NCBI GenBank assembly: GCA_963750165.1
Contig: CAVVPN010000003.1
Coordinates: 2,784,001 to 2,848,000, forward strand
Source of the DNA: an uncultured Gemmataceae bacterium
GTDB taxonomy: Bacteria > Planctomycetota > Planctomycetia > Gemmatales > Gemmataceae
Length of the DNA: 64,000 nt
Direction of reading: 5' to 3'
Shown here: one piece after another, positions 12,278 to 20,226 of the stretch
How the letters are laid out: the number at the start of each line of letters is the position of its first letter
Position numbering within the stretch: position 1 is the first letter of the stretch
Notes under the pieces: model-generated
Databases searched by the model: none
Told to the model about the DNA's origin: nothing
Seen by the model: the letters and a program-made list of their open reading frames with translations, nothing else
Made by a program: the position numbers and the translations under genes

Positions 12278-13139
12278 TCACGCCCAGCCCCAGCGCACCG
12301 GCAGGGCGGTCGCCACCAGCAGCAGCTTGCGCCAGCGGCTCAGGCTGACGCGGCACGAGAACACGTCGTAGTCGCGCCGCTCGATGGTGTTCAACAGTCC
12401 CCGATAGGTTCGCGCCATCACCAGGAACACCGCCCGCCCGGCGGCCGGCAGCAGGTCCACCAGCGGCCAGCCCGCGTCGTAAAACTGCCGCGCTCGCTGC
12501 ACCTGGAAGCGCATCAGGTCACGAAAGCGCTCGTCGCGCCGGCCCTGGGCGAACGCCGCCGCGTCGATGCCGAAGCGCTCCAGCTCCTCCTGCGGCAGGT
12601 ACACCCGACCGCGGGCCGCATCCTCGCCCAGGTCGCGCAGGATGTTCGTCATCTGAAACGCGATGCCCGCCTGCTCCGCGTACTGCTTGGCCTGCTCGCG
12701 ACGAAAGCCCCAGACGTGGATGCACGCCAGGCCCACCACCGACGCCACGCGGTAACAGTACAGCCGCAGGTCCGCGAAGGTGCGGTACGCCACCGGCTGC
12801 AGGTCCATCTCCACGCCGTCCAGCGCCGCGTCCAGGTAGCCGCGCGGGATGTGATGAGTGTGCAGCGTGTCGTGCAGCGCGGCGTGCAGCGGGTGTGTGA
12901 AGTCGCCGTGCCAGGCGCCGTCGAAGTCGGCGCGCGCAGCGGTGCAGGCGGCGCTGCCGGTCGGTTGGTGGGGCAGCCGCGTCGCTGAGATCGTCGGCGA
13001 CGCGCAGGAAGGCGTACAGGGCGCACATGGACCGGCGCTGCCGCGGCGGCAGTACGCCGAACGCCGGGTAGAAGTTGCCAGCTGTGAGCCGCGCCAGCGC
13101 CTCGCAATATCGATAGGAACGGGCCAACTCGGGGGTCAT
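12278..13139 (-). CDS. hpnD: Presqualene diphosphate synthase HpnD (frameshift near 12936)
   Basis: SYRYCEALARLTAGNFYPAF, ALYAFLRVADDLSD, LDGVEMDL, YCYRVASVVG, FQMTNILRDLGEDAARGRVYLP. One extra base in a (GC)n run splits ...LHRW|RADFDG. Confidence 0.88.
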
Positions 13140-13195
13140 GGTTCTTCCGTGGGTTTTGACTTGCTCCCCTCGCCTCCTGAAGGGGGCGAGGGGAG

Positions 13196-14131
13196 TCAAT
13201 CCATTTCGTCCCTCACCACAGCGCCGCGCACGCGCCGCCACAATACACCGCCCAGCAGGGCCGCCTTCTCCCACTTCGCCAACGTCGGCCGCCGGTGCCA
13301 CACATTGTAGTGGATCTGCTCGAGCTTGCGCAGCACCGCCAGGCCGCCGCGCACGAACAGCTCCACGTCCGGTCGCACCTCCTCCGGCATCAGCTCGACC
13401 AGCGGCAGACCACGGTAGAACAGGTCGCGCGTGCGGTCCACCGCGTAGCGCATCAGGTCGATGAACGGTTGGTTGTAGCGGCGCTGTTTCAGGTCGTCCT
13501 CGGTGTAGCCGAAGCGCAGCCGGTCCTCCTCGGGCAGATACACGCGATCGATGGCGTAATCGCGGGCCACGTCCTGCCAGAAATTCGTCAGTTGCAGCGC
13601 CGTGCAGATGTGGTCGCTCAGCGCCGCCCGGGGGGTGTCGTAGGCGCGGCACAGGTACAGTACCAGATGGCCGACCGGGTTGGCGGAGTAACGGCAGTAG
13701 TGCAGCAACTGGGCGAAGCTGCGATAGCGCTTGATGAGCTGGTCCTGCTCGAAGGCGAACAGCAAATCGAGGAACGGTTTTTTCGGGATGTCAAAGGCGC
13801 GGATGGTTTCGGCCAGCGCGACCATGACGGGGTGGTGCGGCTGGCCGGCGAAGCAGTCGTGCAGCTCGTCGCGCCACCAGCGCAGCAGGCCGAGCGAGCG
13901 CTGGCCGCCGCCGGTCTCGTCGCCGAGGTCGTCCGCCCAGCGGCAGTAGGCGTAGACGGCGTGGAAGTGCGGCCTTAGGTATCGCGGCAGCAGCAGGGTG
14001 GCGACGGAGAAGTTTTCGTAGTGGCCGCGCGCCAGCCGGCGGCAGTAGGCGTGCGCTCGCGGCGGCGACGGCGGCGCGTAGGAGCGCTGTGGGCCATAAG
14101 TCGCCAGTTCGCGGTGGAAGCCGTTACGCAT
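13196..14131 (-). CDS. hpnC: Hydroxysqualene synthase HpnC
   Basis: HYENFSVATLLLP, VYAYCRWADDLGDE, YCRYSANPVGHLVL, CTALQLTNFWQDVARD. The start is placed at MRNGFH. Confidence 0.92.
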   Translation of the reverse strand: MRNGFHRELATYGPQRSYAPPSPPRAHAYCRRLARGHYENFSVATLLLPRYLRPHFHAVYAYCRWADDLGDETGGGQRSLGLLRWWRDELHDCFAGQPHHPVMVALAETIRAFDIPKKPFLDLLFAFEQDQLIKRYRSFAQLLHYCRYSANPVGHLVLYLCRAYDTPRAALSDHICTALQLTNFWQDVARDYAIDRVYLPEEDRLRFGYTEDDLKQRRYNQPFIDLMRYAVDRTRDLFYRGLPLVELMPEEVRPDVELFVRGGLAVLRKLEQIHYNVWHRRPTLAKWEKAALLGGVLWRRVRGAVVRDEMD

Positions 14132-14412
14132 GCCGCGGATTTTACCGGGGCCGCGCCGCCGCGGGAACGCCAATTCGCCGCCCTCCTCTCCCTCTCCCTG
14201 GTGGCATTGGTATCTGCACAACGGCATCAGCCGCTGTTCGGTTGCGTGGGGGGTGGCTGTTTCGGACGCCTGGGCGGCAGTTCGGGGATCGGTTCCAGGA
14301 CCGCCATCAGCAGTCGCCGTAATTCTTGGGGATCGTGATGCTCCAGCACGGCCAGCGGCGGATCGCGCCCGGGGTGGGACGGCGGGCACAGCTTGACCAG
14401 CAGGAGCCTGCA

Positions 14413-14592
14413 TTGCCACAGCAAGGGGGCCAAGGAGGCCAAGGGGGCCAACTTTTTCACACGTCGAGAATCGGCGCCCTGGCTCCGTGCGGCTGGCAAG
14501 GCGCGACACCAAACGGCGGCGGTTGCCACAGCAAGGACGCCAAGAACGCCAAGAACGCCAACTTTTTCATACGTCGAGAAGCGGCGCCTGGC
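14413..14592. repeat. Two ~70-bp direct repeats (period 110 bp), each with three 9-nt CAAGnnnGC units
   Basis: ttgccacagcaag(9-mer x3)aactttttcaYacgtcgagaa at 14413 and 14523. Confidence 0.75.
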
Positions 14593-14650
14593 AGCGCCGG
14601 CCTGCCGTTTGTGGGCCACGCGACTGCGAATCGCGGCACGTTTGGCCCGG

Positions 14651-14843
14651 TGTCCAGTCTGGTTGACAGTCGCTGTACAGAATGTAAACCCTCATGTCGT
14701 CCGGCACTTCACGGCAGCAGTTCGAGCCGGACACGCACGTCGGCCCGACCAGACCAGCTTGTTCCAACTGATGTCCAGACAACGAGTAACGACACGCCAC
14801 AGGCCGCGCAGCCGAAAAGCCCGTGCATGGCCTGATGTTTGCT
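14651..14843 (+). promoter_or_regulatory. Enhancer-like palindrome plus sigma-54 promoter for the glycosyltransferase operon
   Basis: TGTCcAg-N4-GTTGACA (14651-14668), TGTAAAC (14683) and TGGCCTGATGTTTGCT (14828-14843; GG-N10-GC). Confidence 0.72.
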
Positions 14844-14975
14844 TATCCCTTCACCAATCCTCCGCTGAGGCAGGGCCCCAACGGATCGATGCGACCACCC
14901 TGTAACCCACTGGCATGGAGCGCGCGTTTCTCCCCCGATCACTCACCTTGCAAAAAGCCTTGGAGACGGGCGGCT

Positions 14976-16100
14976 GTGCTGACTCCGCGAACGACCGTTT
15001 GTCAACTGCTGCACACCCTGAACGTCGGCGGCGCCGAAGTCCTGGCGGCGCGGATCGGCCGCCGCCTTCGCGACCGCTGTCGCTTCGTCTTCGCCTGCCT
15101 GGACGAGATCGGCACCCTCGGCCTTGAACTGCGCGACGAAGGGTTTCCCGTCGAGGTGATCGGCCGGCGGGCCGGGCTGGACTGGCGCTGCGGCCTGCGC
15201 CTGGCGGCGTTGCTCCGCCGCGAGCGCGTCGATCTCATCCACGCCCATCAGTACACGCCGTTCTTTTACAGTCTGTTGGCCCGGTTCCTGTACCGCCGGC
15301 CGCCGGTGCTGTTCACCGAGCACGGCCGGCACTTCCCGGACTACCCGCGGCCCAAACGGCGGGCCGGCAACCGCCTTCTGCTGGAACAGCGCGACCGCGT
15401 GGTCGGCGTCGGCCAGGCCGTCCGCCAGGCGCTGATCCACAACGAGGGTATTCCCGCCCGGCGCGTCGGCGTCATCTACAACGGCATCGACCTGGACGGC
15501 TTCGGCAACGGCGCTCACGACCGTGCCGCCGTCCGCCGCGACCTGGGCGTGGCCGCGGACGACTTTGTGATCCTGCTCGTGGCACGTCTGGACTACCTCA
15601 AGGACCATGCCACCGCCGTGCGGACCATTCAGCGCGTGGCCCAGTCCCGGCCGAACGCCAAATTGGTCCTGGTCGGCGAGGGGCCGGAGAAGGCCAGGAT
15701 CGAGGCGCTGGTCGCGCAGCAGCAGCTCGGCGCCCAGGTGCGCTTCCTGGGCCTGCGCAAGGATGTTGCCCGGCTGCTGCGCGGGGCGGACCTGTTCCTG
15801 CTCACCAGCATCAGCGAGGGCATCCCCCTGACGGTGATCGAGGCGATGGCCGCGGGGCTGCCCGTGGTGGCCACGCGCGTCGGCGGCCTGGCCGAAGTGG
15901 TGGCGGATGGCACGACGGGCTGCCTGGCCCCTTCGGGCGATGACGCTGCCCTGGCCGAGCAGGTGCTGCGGCTGGCGGACGAGCCCGCGTTGCGGCACCG
16001 CCTGGGCGAAGCGGGCCGGCAGCGGGCGGCGGGCCTGTTCTCGGAAGACCAGATGCACGCGGCTTACTTCCAGCTTTACAAGGACATGATCGATGGCTGA
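14976..16100 (+). CDS. GT4-family glycosyltransferase (EPS/PEP-CTERM-locus type)
   Basis: LLHTLNVGGAE, FTEHG, IYNGID, VARLDYLKDH, TSISEGIPLTVIEAMAAGLPVVATRVGG. GTG start after GGAG. Confidence 0.9.
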   Translation: MLTPRTTVCQLLHTLNVGGAEVLAARIGRRLRDRCRFVFACLDEIGTLGLELRDEGFPVEVIGRRAGLDWRCGLRLAALLRRERVDLIHAHQYTPFFYSLLARFLYRRPPVLFTEHGRHFPDYPRPKRRAGNRLLLEQRDRVVGVGQAVRQALIHNEGIPARRVGVIYNGIDLDGFGNGAHDRAAVRRDLGVAADDFVILLVARLDYLKDHATAVRTIQRVAQSRPNAKLVLVGEGPEKARIEALVAQQQLGAQVRFLGLRKDVARLLRGADLFLLTSISEGIPLTVIEAMAAGLPVVATRVGGLAEVVADGTTGCLAPSGDDAALAEQVLRLADEPALRHRLGEAGRQRAAGLFSEDQMHAAYFQLYKDMIDG

Positions 16101-17277
16101 CCAACCCCGGACCCAGCGGCCCGCGCTGCTCGTCTTCGCCGACGACTGGGGCCGGCATCCGTCCAGCTGCCAGCACCTGGTCGGCCATCTGCTCGAGCGC
16201 CGCCCCGTCCACTGGGTCAACACCATCGGCACGCGCACGCCGCGGCTCGACTGGGCCACCCTGCGCCGCAGCATGGGCAAGGCCCGTCAGTGGCTGCGGC
16301 GCCGGCCCGCGGCGGCCGGGGCGCTGCCCGCCAACCTTGCGGTGTTGAATCCGAAGATGTGGCCCTGGTTCGGTTCCGCCTTCGGCCGCGGGCTCAACCG
16401 GCGGCTGCTAACGCGGCAACTGGCGCCGCTGCTGCGCTCGCTTCCCGAGGCCCCGGTGGCCGTCACCACCATCCCGCTGGTCGCGGATCTGGTCGGCACT
16501 CTGCCCGTGCGCCGCTGGGTGTACTACTGCGTGGACGACTTCAGTCAGTGGCCCGGCCTGGATCAGCGGACCCTGGAGGACATGGAGGTCGAGCTGGTTG
16601 CGCGGGTCGATGACATCGTCGCCGTGAGCGAGCCGTTGCAGCAGCGCCTGGCCCGCATGGGCCGCTCGTCCCAGCTGCTGACCCACGGCGTCGAACTGGA
16701 CTGCTGGGCGCCGCCCACCCGGGCCGAGGCTGTTCCCGAACTGGACGGGCTGCCGCGGCCGCTCGTCGGCTTCTGGGGCGCCGTGGACCGGCGCATGGAC
16801 ACGGCCTTTGTGGAACGGTTGGCTGGCGACCTGCGCGAAGGGACCATCCTGCTGATCGGCCCCTCGGACGGCCACGACCCGGCCCTGGACCGTCTCGACC
16901 GCGTGCGGCGGCTCGGCGCGGTGCCGTTCGCGCGGCTGCCGGTGCTGGCGGCGGAGCTGGCGGTGCTGGTGATGCCCTATGCGGACCTGCCGGTCACCCG
17001 CGCCATGCAGCCGCTCAAACTGAAAGAGTACCTGGCCACCGGCAAGGCCGCCGTCGTCCGCGACCTGCCGGCCACGCGACCGTGGTCCGACTGCCTCGAC
17101 CTGGCGGCCTCGCCGGAGGTGTTCTCCCAGGCGGTGCGCCACCGCCTGGAGACGGGGTTGCCGGCGCATCAGCAAACGGCCCGCGGCCGCCTCGCTGACG
17201 AGGGCTGGGCCGCGAAGGCCCAGGCGTTCGAGCAAGTCCTTTTTCCCGCCCATGAGGCAGAGAGCAGGTCGGCATGA
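16093..17277 (+). CDS. GT-B fold glycosyltransferase
   Basis: VFADDWGRHPSSCQHL, VYYCVDDFS, LLTHGVE, MQPLKLKEYLATGK. Overlaps both neighbours (translational coupling). Confidence 0.85.
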   Translation: MADQPRTQRPALLVFADDWGRHPSSCQHLVGHLLERRPVHWVNTIGTRTPRLDWATLRRSMGKARQWLRRRPAAAGALPANLAVLNPKMWPWFGSAFGRGLNRRLLTRQLAPLLRSLPEAPVAVTTIPLVADLVGTLPVRRWVYYCVDDFSQWPGLDQRTLEDMEVELVARVDDIVAVSEPLQQRLARMGRSSQLLTHGVELDCWAPPTRAEAVPELDGLPRPLVGFWGAVDRRMDTAFVERLAGDLREGTILLIGPSDGHDPALDRLDRVRRLGAVPFARLPVLAAELAVLVMPYADLPVTRAMQPLKLKEYLATGKAAVVRDLPATRPWSDCLDLAASPEVFSQAVRHRLETGLPAHQQTARGRLADEGWAAKAQAFEQVLFPAHEAESRSA

Positions 17278-18476
17278 GGCAGCAACTCGAACGGCAGCGC
17301 CGGCCGCAACCCGGACGCCGCGGGGCGGTCGGCCCCGTGGTGCTGGACACCCGCGTCGTCACGGAGGCGGGCGGGGGGCCGGAGAAAACCATCCTCAGTT
17401 CGCCCCGCTTCTTCCGGCCCCACGGCTACGAGATGCTGTGCGCCTACATGCACCCCCCCGGCGACCCCGGCTTCGAGCAGTTGCGCCGCAAGGCGGCGGC
17501 CCTGGAAGCGCCGCTGTTCTCCGTGCCCGACCGCGGCGCGTGGGACTGGCGTGTGGTCTCGGAAATGCTGCGCATCTGCCGGCGCGAACGGGCCCGCATC
17601 TGGCACGGTCACGACTACAAAAGCAACGCCCTCGGCCTGCTGTTGACCCGCTTCTGGCCCATGCGCCTGGTGACGACGGTCCACGGTTGGGTGCGACAGA
17701 CGCGGCGCACGCCCCTGTATTACAAGATCGACCGGCTGTGTCTGCCGCGCTACGAGTCGGTGATCTGCGTCTCGGAGGACCTGCGCGAGCAGTGCCTGGC
17801 CAGCGGCGTCCCCGCCGAGCGCTGCGTGTTGATCGAAAACGGCATCGACCTGCAACAGTACGCCCGCTGCCGGTCGGTCGCGGAAGCCGGGCGGCGCCTC
17901 GAAGTGCCCGTCGGGCGGCAGGTGGTTGGCGCGGTCGGCCGGCTGTCACCGGAAAAGGGCTTCGACCTGTTGATCCGGGCCGTGCATGGCCTCCTGGCTG
18001 GCGGCCGGGACCTGGAACTGTGGATCGTCGGCGAGGGTGACGACCGGCCGCGCCTGGAGGCGCTCATCGCGGAGCTGGGCGCCGGCGACCGGATCCGGCT
18101 GCTGGGGTATCAGCCCGACCCGCGGGAACTGTACGAGGCCTGGGACGTGTTCGCCCTGAGCAGTCTGCGGGAGGGGCTGCCCAACGTGGTACTGGAGGCC
18201 CTGGCCCTGGAAGTGCCCGTGGTGGCGACGCGGGTCGCGGGCGTGCCGCGGTTGATCCACGATGGCGAGAACGGTCTGCTCGTGTCCCCCGGCTCGGCGG
18301 CGGAACTCGGCCAGGCCGTGGGCCGGTTGCTCGCGGACGACGCGCTCCGCCAGCGCCTGAGCCGGGCCGGCCGCCAGACCGTCGAGACGGGCTACAGTTT
18401 CGCCAGCCGCGTTGCGAAAATCGCCCGCCTCTATGACGCCTTGCTGGCGGGCGGCCCCAGCGGTCCGCCGTGTTGA
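17274..18476 (+). CDS. GT4-family glycosyltransferase
   Basis: GGGPEKTIL, HGHDYKSN, TTVHGW, VGRLSPEKG, SSLREGLPNVVLEALA. ATGA overlap with the upstream gene. Confidence 0.9.
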   Translation: MRQQLERQRRPQPGRRGAVGPVVLDTRVVTEAGGGPEKTILSSPRFFRPHGYEMLCAYMHPPGDPGFEQLRRKAAALEAPLFSVPDRGAWDWRVVSEMLRICRRERARIWHGHDYKSNALGLLLTRFWPMRLVTTVHGWVRQTRRTPLYYKIDRLCLPRYESVICVSEDLREQCLASGVPAERCVLIENGIDLQQYARCRSVAEAGRRLEVPVGRQVVGAVGRLSPEKGFDLLIRAVHGLLAGGRDLELWIVGEGDDRPRLEALIAELGAGDRIRLLGYQPDPRELYEAWDVFALSSLREGLPNVVLEALALEVPVVATRVAGVPRLIHDGENGLLVSPGSAAELGQAVGRLLADDALRQRLSRAGRQTVETGYSFASRVAKIARLYDALLAGGPSGPPC

Positions 18477-18506
18477 AGACATCGCACCAGGGAAAGGGGC
18501 TGAATC

Positions 18507-19589
18507 ATGGCCACCGTTGACGTTTCGACACCGCCGCCCGCTCCGCTGTCCATCCGGCTGCACCGCGGCCGCGACCTGGAGCACGGCATGGGCCGCTGGG
18601 CGGAATACGTGTCCCGAACGTCCTTCACGCCCCTGAGCCGGCACCCGGCCTGGCTGCACGTCCTGCGCGACGGGCTCGGCCACACGCCGTACTGCCTGGA
18701 GGCCGTGGCGGGCGACCGCACACGCGGCCTGCTGCCGCTGGCCGAGGTGGACAGCCTGCTCTTCGGACGCTTCCTTGTGAGCCTGCCCTACGTGAACCAC
18801 GGCGGCGTGCTGGCCGACGACGACGCCACGGCCGCCGCCCTGATTGACGCGGCGGTCAACCTGGCCGACGTGCTGGAGGTGCGTTATCTGGAACTGCGCC
18901 AGGGCGAAGCCATCGACCACCCGGCGCTGCCGCTGCGCATGTCCGGCAAGGTCCACATGCGCCGGCCGCTGCCGCCGACACCGGAATTACTCTGGGAAGA
19001 ACTCAACTGCAAGGTCCGCAACCAGGTCCGCAAGGCGCGCAAACACGAGTTGACCGTGGCCTGGGGTGGCGAAGAACTGCTCGGCGAATTTCACGCGGTC
19101 TTCAGCCGCAACATGCGCGACCTGGGCACGCCGACCTACGGCAAGGGGTTGTTCGCCAGCATTTTGCGGCAGTTCCCCGACCGGGCGGAACTGTGCGTGG
19201 TGCGGGCCGGCGCCGTGCCGGTGGCGTCCGCCCTGCTGACGCACGGCTGGGGCGTGACCGAGGTGCCCAGCGCCAGCGCCCTGCGGCAGTACAACGCCAC
19301 CTGCGCCAACATGCTGATGTACTGGCATCTGCTGGAGCGCGCCAGCCAGCGCGGCCAGTCCGTTTTCGACTTCGGCCGCTCCAGCCGGGACAGCAACACG
19401 TATCGGTTCAAGGACCAGTGGGGGGCCAAGGAGGCGCCGGCGGACTGGCTGTATCACCTGCGGATCGGCGAGATGTCGGCCATGCGTCCGGAGAACCCGC
19501 GCTACCAGCGCCTGATCCGCATGTGGCAGCGGTTGCCGGTGTGGCTGACGCGCCTGCTCGGGCCGCGCATCGTCCGCGGCATCCCCTGA
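18507..19589 (+). CDS. FemAB-like GNAT protein, exosortase/PEP-CTERM-system associated
   Basis: SLLFGRFLVSLPYVNHGG, KVRNQVRKA, NMRDLGTP, NMLMYWHLL, FDFGRS, FKDQWGA, PENPRYQ..IRMWQRLPV...LGPRIVRGIP. Confidence 0.88.
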   Translation: MATVDVSTPPPAPLSIRLHRGRDLEHGMGRWAEYVSRTSFTPLSRHPAWLHVLRDGLGHTPYCLEAVAGDRTRGLLPLAEVDSLLFGRFLVSLPYVNHGGVLADDDATAAALIDAAVNLADVLEVRYLELRQGEAIDHPALPLRMSGKVHMRRPLPPTPELLWEELNCKVRNQVRKARKHELTVAWGGEELLGEFHAVFSRNMRDLGTPTYGKGLFASILRQFPDRAELCVVRAGAVPVASALLTHGWGVTEVPSASALRQYNATCANMLMYWHLLERASQRGQSVFDFGRSSRDSNTYRFKDQWGAKEAPADWLYHLRIGEMSAMRPENPRYQRLIRMWQRLPVWLTRLLGPRIVRGIP

Positions 19590-19590
19590 A

Positions 19591-19788
19591 TGTCAACGGC
19601 GGTTGACAACACGGATGAGCCCGGCTGTAAACAATGGGCTGCGGAAATCAGGACGGGCCTGAACGAGCCGAAAAGTTTACACCGCCATCCGGAAGTGGAA
19701 TACCACTGTAAGCCGTTGATGTAGAGGACATTGCGAATGGAAACCAGAACATCAGCAGAAGCTCAGTCCGGTTGGCTCGGCGTTTGCT
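19591..19788 (+). promoter_or_regulatory. Enhancer-like palindrome, IHF-like site and sigma-54 promoter upstream of giant gene A
   Basis: TGTCAAC-N4-GTTGACA-N17-TGTAAAC (19591-19632), TAAGCCGTTGATG (19709-19721; IHF consensus YAANNNNTTGATW with one mismatch) and TTGGCTCGGCGTTTGCT (19772-19788). Confidence 0.78.
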
Positions 19789-19926
19789 GAAGAAGAGAAG
19801 ATAGACAAAACAAATATTGAGGGAAAAGGGGGCGGTGCGCGGCCACGGCAAAGGGCACCGCGCGTGCGTCGGCACCGCCCCACTTCTCTCAACTGCGTTG
19901 TAAACCGTCGTTGATCAGAAGTCAAG

Positions 19927-19943
19927 TTGGCCCGCGCGTTGCG
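19927..19943 (+). promoter_or_regulatory. Second candidate sigma-54 -24/-12 box
   Basis: TTGGCCCGCGCGTTGCG with GG-N10-GC spacing. Confidence 0.45.
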
Positions 19944-20226
19944 GGCCTTCCTTGCATCCACCGACTGCTGGAACTCGGGCCCGGGTGCTTGAGCCCCGAG
20001 CGTGGCTTCCCAATCCGATGTCCCGGGCCGGATGTGGATCCGGTAACCTTCGACCGATCCCCTGCCGTCCGTGGCCGTCGCCCACCGGTACGGTCTGCGC
20101 ACCGTCCCGAAAGGCGCCCGCCGCCCAGGCGAGCGCCTGCAATCTGTTGGAACAAAACTCCGTCGCCTTGGTCACTGCTGACCCAGGGGTCTGCCTTCAC
20201 TAACTCTCTACCTTGGGGGTCTGCCA

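Noticed and set aside
10798..13139. hpnD and hpnE (and other broken genes) as true pseudogenes
   Set aside because: Each has a single repairable indel with intact catalytic motifs and no accumulated stops, so sequencing error is more parsimonious.
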